In this document: piece after piece, positions 8,060-12,016 of the stretch | How positions within the stretch are numbered: the first letter of the stretch is position 1 | Layout of the letters: each line of letters starts with the position of its first letter | From: Promethearchaeia archaeon | GTDB taxonomy: Archaea; Asgardarchaeota; Lokiarchaeia; Sigyniarchaeales; SOKP01 | DNA: 12,016 nt | Direction of reading: 5' to 3' | Assembly: GCA_029856125.1 (NCBI GenBank) | Contig: JAHQWJ010000003.1 | Coordinates: 1-12,016 of the forward strand | Made by a program: the position numbers and the translations under genes | The notes under the pieces: model-generated | What the model was told of the DNA's origin: nothing | The model's input: the letters and a program-made list of their open reading frames with translations, nothing else | The model's database searches: none

Positions 8060-8384
8060 TTTTTTATCACTTTCATATTGTTTAATTAATGTAAGTTTTA
8101 AATTAATATAAATAATCTTTAGTCCATTATTTGATATTGAAATATTATATTTCGCTTTTAATATTAATGGTAACTTATTATAACAAAAATGAGATAAAAA
8201 CATAAATAAAATGGGAGGTTTTTAACCCACTTGGGTGATAAATTGTATATAAAAAAAATCATGATTTCTCTAAACCATGATTCTTTAGCTTCATTCGAGG
8301 AAATTAAAATAATATTTATAAATAAATTTTAGAATTTTATTACCTATTTATCACTATTATATTGGAAAAATGAGGAATTATTTA

Positions 8385-9299
8385 TTACGAGTGATTTATC
8401 TCTTGAATCTTCTCTTTAAGATGAGTTTCTCTCCATGTGGGGAAATTATTACCTTCAATAAGTACTGTAACTTCTACAGAATCAAAATTTTCAGAAAGAA
8501 GTGAAGATTCAATATCTTGAAGCTCTTTCATTGAATCTGTCCAAACGCATATAAGTTTGACATGTGGTAAATTACTAAAAGTCCACGAATATACGATTCT
8601 CGAACCATATGTTTTCTTTAAACTGTTATCAAAGTCTCTATCATCTATTAAGGAATCAGATTTTAACTTTAAGATTATCATGGTAAAAATTAAATTGGGA
8701 AACCAATCTAAATAGAATTCTATTAAATAGTTCTCAATCAAATTGTCTAGTCTCCTTTTAATGGTTTTAGTGGAAGCTCCTACTTCTTCCGCTACATCAG
8801 AAATTGTTTTTCTAGAATTATCTTTTAAAGAATCTACAATAAGATAATCTAAATTGGTAACCTTTTTTCTATCTTTTATTAATATTGGAGGCGTGGTTCG
8901 ATCAATACCTACTATAAGCTCACTAATCCTTCCAGTTTTTCGTACAAAGTTAACTAATGAATCCAAATCATTCAAATTTCGAATAAAAGCATGAATATAA
9001 AATAAATTCCCGCTAGCACGTGAAATATTATATATATATTCATTTTCACCTAATTTCTTTAAAATTAATTTCTTATCTTTTACATTTGGTACTCCAAACA
9101 TCACGATATTTGAAATATTAGGAAAATTCCCGAAACCTAATCGTGCTTTAAAATCTTTTATAATCCCTAATTCTACTAATGATTTAACACGTTTATGGAT
9201 TGAATTAACACTAATGTGAAAATTATCAGCTAATTGTTTGTACGGTGTTCTTGAATTAGCCATTAACAACATTGAAATCTTAATGTCAATTTCATCCAA
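8385..9299 (-). CDS. Lrp/AsnC-family transcriptional regulator with two tandem HTH plus effector-domain modules
   Basis: Module 1: MDEIDIKISMLLMANSRTPYKQLADNFHISVNSIHKRVKSLVELGII. Module 2: VTNLDYLIVDSLKDNSRKTISDVAEEVGASTKTIKRRLDNLIENYLI. At 304 aa it is about twice a normal Lrp. TTG start. Confidence 0.9.
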   Translation of the reverse strand: MDEIDIKISMLLMANSRTPYKQLADNFHISVNSIHKRVKSLVELGIIKDFKARLGFGNFPNISNIVMFGVPNVKDKKLILKKLGENEYIYNISRASGNLFYIHAFIRNLNDLDSLVNFVRKTGRISELIVGIDRTTPPILIKDRKKVTNLDYLIVDSLKDNSRKTISDVAEEVGASTKTIKRRLDNLIENYLIEFYLDWFPNLIFTMIILKLKSDSLIDDRDFDNSLKKTYGSRIVYSWTFSNLPHVKLICVWTDSMKELQDIESSLLSENFDSVEVTVLIEGNNFPTWRETHLKEKIQEINHS

Positions 9300-9413
9300 G
9301 GATCAACACTTTCTCAAATTTAATAATTTACTATTATAGATACATTTAATATAACAATCTAAGATTTAAGATAATGATTATCACAATATAAAATTTAATC
9401 AAACATTGATTCT

Positions 9414-9563
9414 ATGACTTTAATTTTTATTATTCATTCTGAAACAGTAAATCTTGAACACTCTACTATAGAAGACCTTCCTGGATCCTTTGGAAGAATA
9501 GATGTCCTCTGTAGATGTATCTTAGCAGTGATATATCGAAATTTTGAATTTGATAGTTTTTAA
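9414..9563 (+). pseudogene. trmY: Truncated N-terminal fragment of tRNA (pseudouridine54-N1)-methyltransferase (SPOUT family)
   Basis: Hand translation: MTLIFIIHSETVNLEHSTIEDLPGSFGRIDVLCRCILAVIYRNFEFDSF*. DLPGxxGRxDxLCRC is the N-terminal TrmY signature. The frame stops after 49 aa (full-length TrmY is about 200 aa), and only about 107 nt remain before the next gene. Confidence 0.8.
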
Positions 9564-9670
9564 TGATATTTTATTCCAGCTAATCTTCCTTACAAATTAC
9601 ATTCGTGTTCTTAATCAAAATATCTATATACGGTAGAATATTGAATTGAACAATTAGTGGGAAAAAAGTT

Positions 9671-11140
9671 ATGATTATGAATAACGATAATTTTCTTCAA
9701 AACTTAACTAAAATTTGCGGATCTCAAAATGTCTCACAAGATCCAAAAGATTTAAAAGAATACTCTAAGGATTTAAGTTTTATAAAAGGAAAATCTCCAT
9801 TGTGTATTGTTTGGCCCTCTAACTCTCAACAAGTAACAAATATTGTGAAACTAGCGAATGAATTGAAATTCTATATTATTCCCGTAAGCTTAGATTCGAA
9901 ATTTAAACATCACGGAGATTCCTTACCTAAAAAGGATAATTCCATTATCTTAAATCTTTCAAGGATGAATAAAGTTCTTTCGATTGATAGAAAAAATCGG
10001 GTTGTTATGGTTGAACCGGGCGTTTCCTTCGGTCAATTAGTTCCTATCCTCAAAAAAAAAGGGGTAAGATTACTTTTACCTCTTAATCCAACAGCTTCTA
10101 GATCCGTTTTAGCAACAGCTCTCGAAAGAGAACCAATTACAATACCTCGATATCATTGGGATAGCTCTGATCCACTATTATGTACGGAAGTTGTATTTGG
10201 AACCGGGGATTTGTTTCGAACCGGAACTGCTGCTGGTCCAGGAACAATCAAGCAACAACAAAAAATGGGTCAAGCACAAGTTAATCCAATGGGTCCTACT
10301 CAATTTAGCCCTTTTAGGATAATACAAGGGGCTCAAGGGAGTTTAGGAGTGGTAACCTGGGCTACGTTGAAATTAGAATTATTCCCCTCTACTCAGAAAG
10401 TCTACCATTTTCAATCGGACAATATCCAAAATCTATTAGATCTTCAATATGAGCTACTAAAATATAGGCTTTGCGATGAACTCTTTATTTTGAATAATTT
10501 AAGCTTGGCTTGCTTGCTTAAACAAAATCCACAAGAAATTTCTGAATTAGTTGGAAACTTTAAAAGATGGAATTTAATTTACATTCTCTCTGGCAGGGGC
10601 CCATTAGCCAAGGACAAAATTTCATATCTAGAAGGAGATGTTGACGAAATTAAAGCAGAGTTAGGCATAAATCTTTCAGCACCCAAGGTGGAAATTTCTG
10701 ATAAAGAAATCCTTCATTTTCTTAATGAATCATGTGAAAAACCATGGAGAATGAGATTAAAAGGAGCGTATGAGGATATGTTCTTTCTAACTAGTTTTGA
10801 AAAAATTTCTAAATTTATTTCAGTTATGGATGCGAATTTTAAGAAAGATTTCGGGATTTACATTCAACCTATAAATCAAGGAACTTCGTATCATATAGAA
10901 TTCGATTTGTATTATGAACCCGAAGATAAAAATGTTGTTAAAACCATTAAAGAGAAAATATTAAGCGTAGGAAATCAATTAATGGATAAAGGAGCTTTTT
11001 TTAGTAGACCTTATGGAATATGGACTAAGGATGTGTTTTCCCATCATAGTGCAGAAACTATTGATGCCCTTAAAAAGGTTAAAAAAATATTCGACCCAAA
11101 CAATGTATTAAATCCAGGAGTTTTGTGTTTTGACGATTAG
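9671..11140 (+). CDS. FAD-linked oxidoreductase (VAO/PCMH superfamily; FAD_binding_4 plus FAD-oxidase C domain; distant GlcD/D-lactate dehydrogenase relative)
   Basis: IVWPSNSQQV, LNLSRMNKVLSID…VEPGV, GAQGSLGVVT (cf. GSEGTLGIIT) and the C-terminal KKIFDPNNVLNPG. The substrate cannot be assigned. The start may be 9677. Confidence 0.9.
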   Translation: MIMNNDNFLQNLTKICGSQNVSQDPKDLKEYSKDLSFIKGKSPLCIVWPSNSQQVTNIVKLANELKFYIIPVSLDSKFKHHGDSLPKKDNSIILNLSRMNKVLSIDRKNRVVMVEPGVSFGQLVPILKKKGVRLLLPLNPTASRSVLATALEREPITIPRYHWDSSDPLLCTEVVFGTGDLFRTGTAAGPGTIKQQQKMGQAQVNPMGPTQFSPFRIIQGAQGSLGVVTWATLKLELFPSTQKVYHFQSDNIQNLLDLQYELLKYRLCDELFILNNLSLACLLKQNPQEISELVGNFKRWNLIYILSGRGPLAKDKISYLEGDVDEIKAELGINLSAPKVEISDKEILHFLNESCEKPWRMRLKGAYEDMFFLTSFEKISKFISVMDANFKKDFGIYIQPINQGTSYHIEFDLYYEPEDKNVVKTIKEKILSVGNQLMDKGAFFSRPYGIWTKDVFSHHSAETIDALKKVKKIFDPNNVLNPGVLCFDD

Positions 11141-11183
11141 ATTCTAATAATTTTCAAAAATTTGAAAAACGAAAGAGATTAAA

Positions 11184-12016
11184 ATGGATGAAGAAGAATA
11201 TCAAAAAATGATTAAACGGTGCGTACGTTGTTCTGTATGTAAATGGATCCCCCAAGTCCAAATCAAAAGCCAAAAATACGCTTCAGCGTGCCCAGCAATC
11301 GATATCTATAATTTTCATCCTTATAGTGGAGGGGGTAAAATAATTCTTGCTCTCGCTTATGAGATGGGAAGAATTAAACCAACAGAGGAACTGCGCGATA
11401 TTGTCTATAAGTGCACTGAGTGTGGAAACTGTGCCGTAAGCTGTAAGTACATGAGTGTTTTAGAGCCACTCGAGATAATTATGAAGTTGAGAGAGAAATT
11501 AGTAGATGCAGGATGTGGTCCTATGCCTCAACAACAGGCATATATAGAAGCAGTCAAAAGAGTGAACAACCCTTATAATGAGCCCCACGAAAAAAGAACA
11601 AATTGGATTCCTGAAGACATTATTCTCGATCCAAATGCAAAAATATTGTATTATGTTGGTTGTACCTCTTCCTATAGAAGAAAAGAAATGGCAATAGCAG
11701 CAGCACGTATTATGAACGAAGCTGGAGTATCGTTCAATATACTACAAGACGATGAATTCTGTTGCGGGAGCCCAATATTACGTACCGGAGATACAAATAC
11801 ATTTGAAGAAATCCTTAATAAGAATCTGGATATAATTGAATCAAAAGGTATAGAAACCGTTGTTTTCAGTTGTGCTGGTTGTTACGACACTTTCAAAGTA
11901 GATTATCCTTTAAGTAGAAAATATAATTTTAAAGTTAAACATACTGTAGAACTTTTTGCTGAGTTAATCGAATCAGAACAGTTAAAATTAACTAACAACG
12001 TCCCCATTACAGTGAC
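11184..12016 (+). CDS. Fe-S oxidoreductase with ferredoxin-type clusters and a CCG (cysteine-rich) domain (GlcF/GlpC/HdrD-like); 3' end truncated by the window edge
   Basis: Not in the ORF track; translated by hand from ATG 11184: MDEEEYQKMIKRCVRCSVCKW…SACP…YKCTECGNCAVSC…NNPYNEPHEKRTNW…LYYVGCTSSY…EFCCGSPILRTG…FSCAGCYDTFKVDY…VKHTVE. The frame is open to the window end, and the gene starts 43 nt downstream of the FAD oxidoreductase. Confidence 0.95.
   Translation, partial: MDEEEYQKMIKRCVRCSVCKWIPQVQIKSQKYASACPAIDIYNFHPYSGGGKIILALAYEMGRIKPTEELRDIVYKCTECGNCAVSCKYMSVLEPLEIIMKLREKLVDAGCGPMPQQQAYIEAVKRVNNPYNEPHEKRTNWIPEDIILDPNAKILYYVGCTSSYRRKEMAIAAARIMNEAGVSFNILQDDEFCCGSPILRTGDTNTFEEILNKNLDIIESKGIETVVFSCAGCYDTFKVDYPLSRKYNFKVKHTVELFAELIESEQLKLTNNVPITV

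Noticed and set aside
8060-8203. 48-aa N-terminal extension of the ABC ATPase in the ORF track
   Set aside because: It has an AT-rich, intergenic-like composition, and the ATG at 8059 has an RBS-like AAGTGAT matching that of dnaK.
9561-9566. TAA-TGA after the trmY fragment as possible readthrough or selenocysteine recoding
   Set aside because: The first stop is TAA, another in-frame stop follows soon after, and there is no room for the rest of the protein.
10052-10064. A9-G4 run (also A11 at 4497-4507 and T10 at 3009-3018) as possible frameshift or phase-variation sites
   Set aside because: All three reading frames are intact and simply encode poly-Lys; such runs are expected in an AT-rich genome.
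1-12016. CRISPR arrays, tRNA/rRNA genes, IS elements, integrases, defence systems, CIRCE/HAIR heat-shock elements
   Set aside because: By eye I found no regularly spaced repeats, GC-rich structured RNA segments, transposase or integrase motifs, or bacterial heat-shock operator consensus; a covariance-model search was not possible.

Overview
AT-rich archaeal-type genomic window, most plausibly from an Asgard archaeon (Lokiarchaeia-like). This is inferred from the DnaK signature, TATA-type promoters, GTGAT/GGAG ribosome-binding sites, a tandem-domain Lrp/AsnC regulator and a small zinc-ribbon protein. Contents in order: a minus-strand grpE-dnaK-dnaJ chaperone operon (dnaJ runs off the left edge, is missing from the ORF track and lacks the zinc-finger domain); a divergently transcribed ~7-TM membrane protein with internal repeats; an aldo/keto reductase with a C-terminal 4Fe-4S module; a 62-aa zinc-ribbon protein; a DrrAB-type ABC-2 exporter pair; a double-domain Lrp/AsnC regulator; an unannotated 49-codon remnant of the tRNA methyltransferase gene trmY; and an FAD-linked oxidoreductase followed by a GlcF/HdrD-like CCG-domain Fe-S protein (runs off the right edge, also missing from the ORF track). 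I saw no rRNA, tRNA, CRISPR array or mobile element. The region is mostly housekeeping and metabolic, and I cannot support a clearly new multi-gene system. The best leads are a perfect palindromic operator resembling archaeal heat-shock repressor sites in front of grpE, the class-B DnaJ within the dnaK operon, the repeat-built membrane protein, the trmY remnant and the non-canonical flavoprotein/Fe-S pair.
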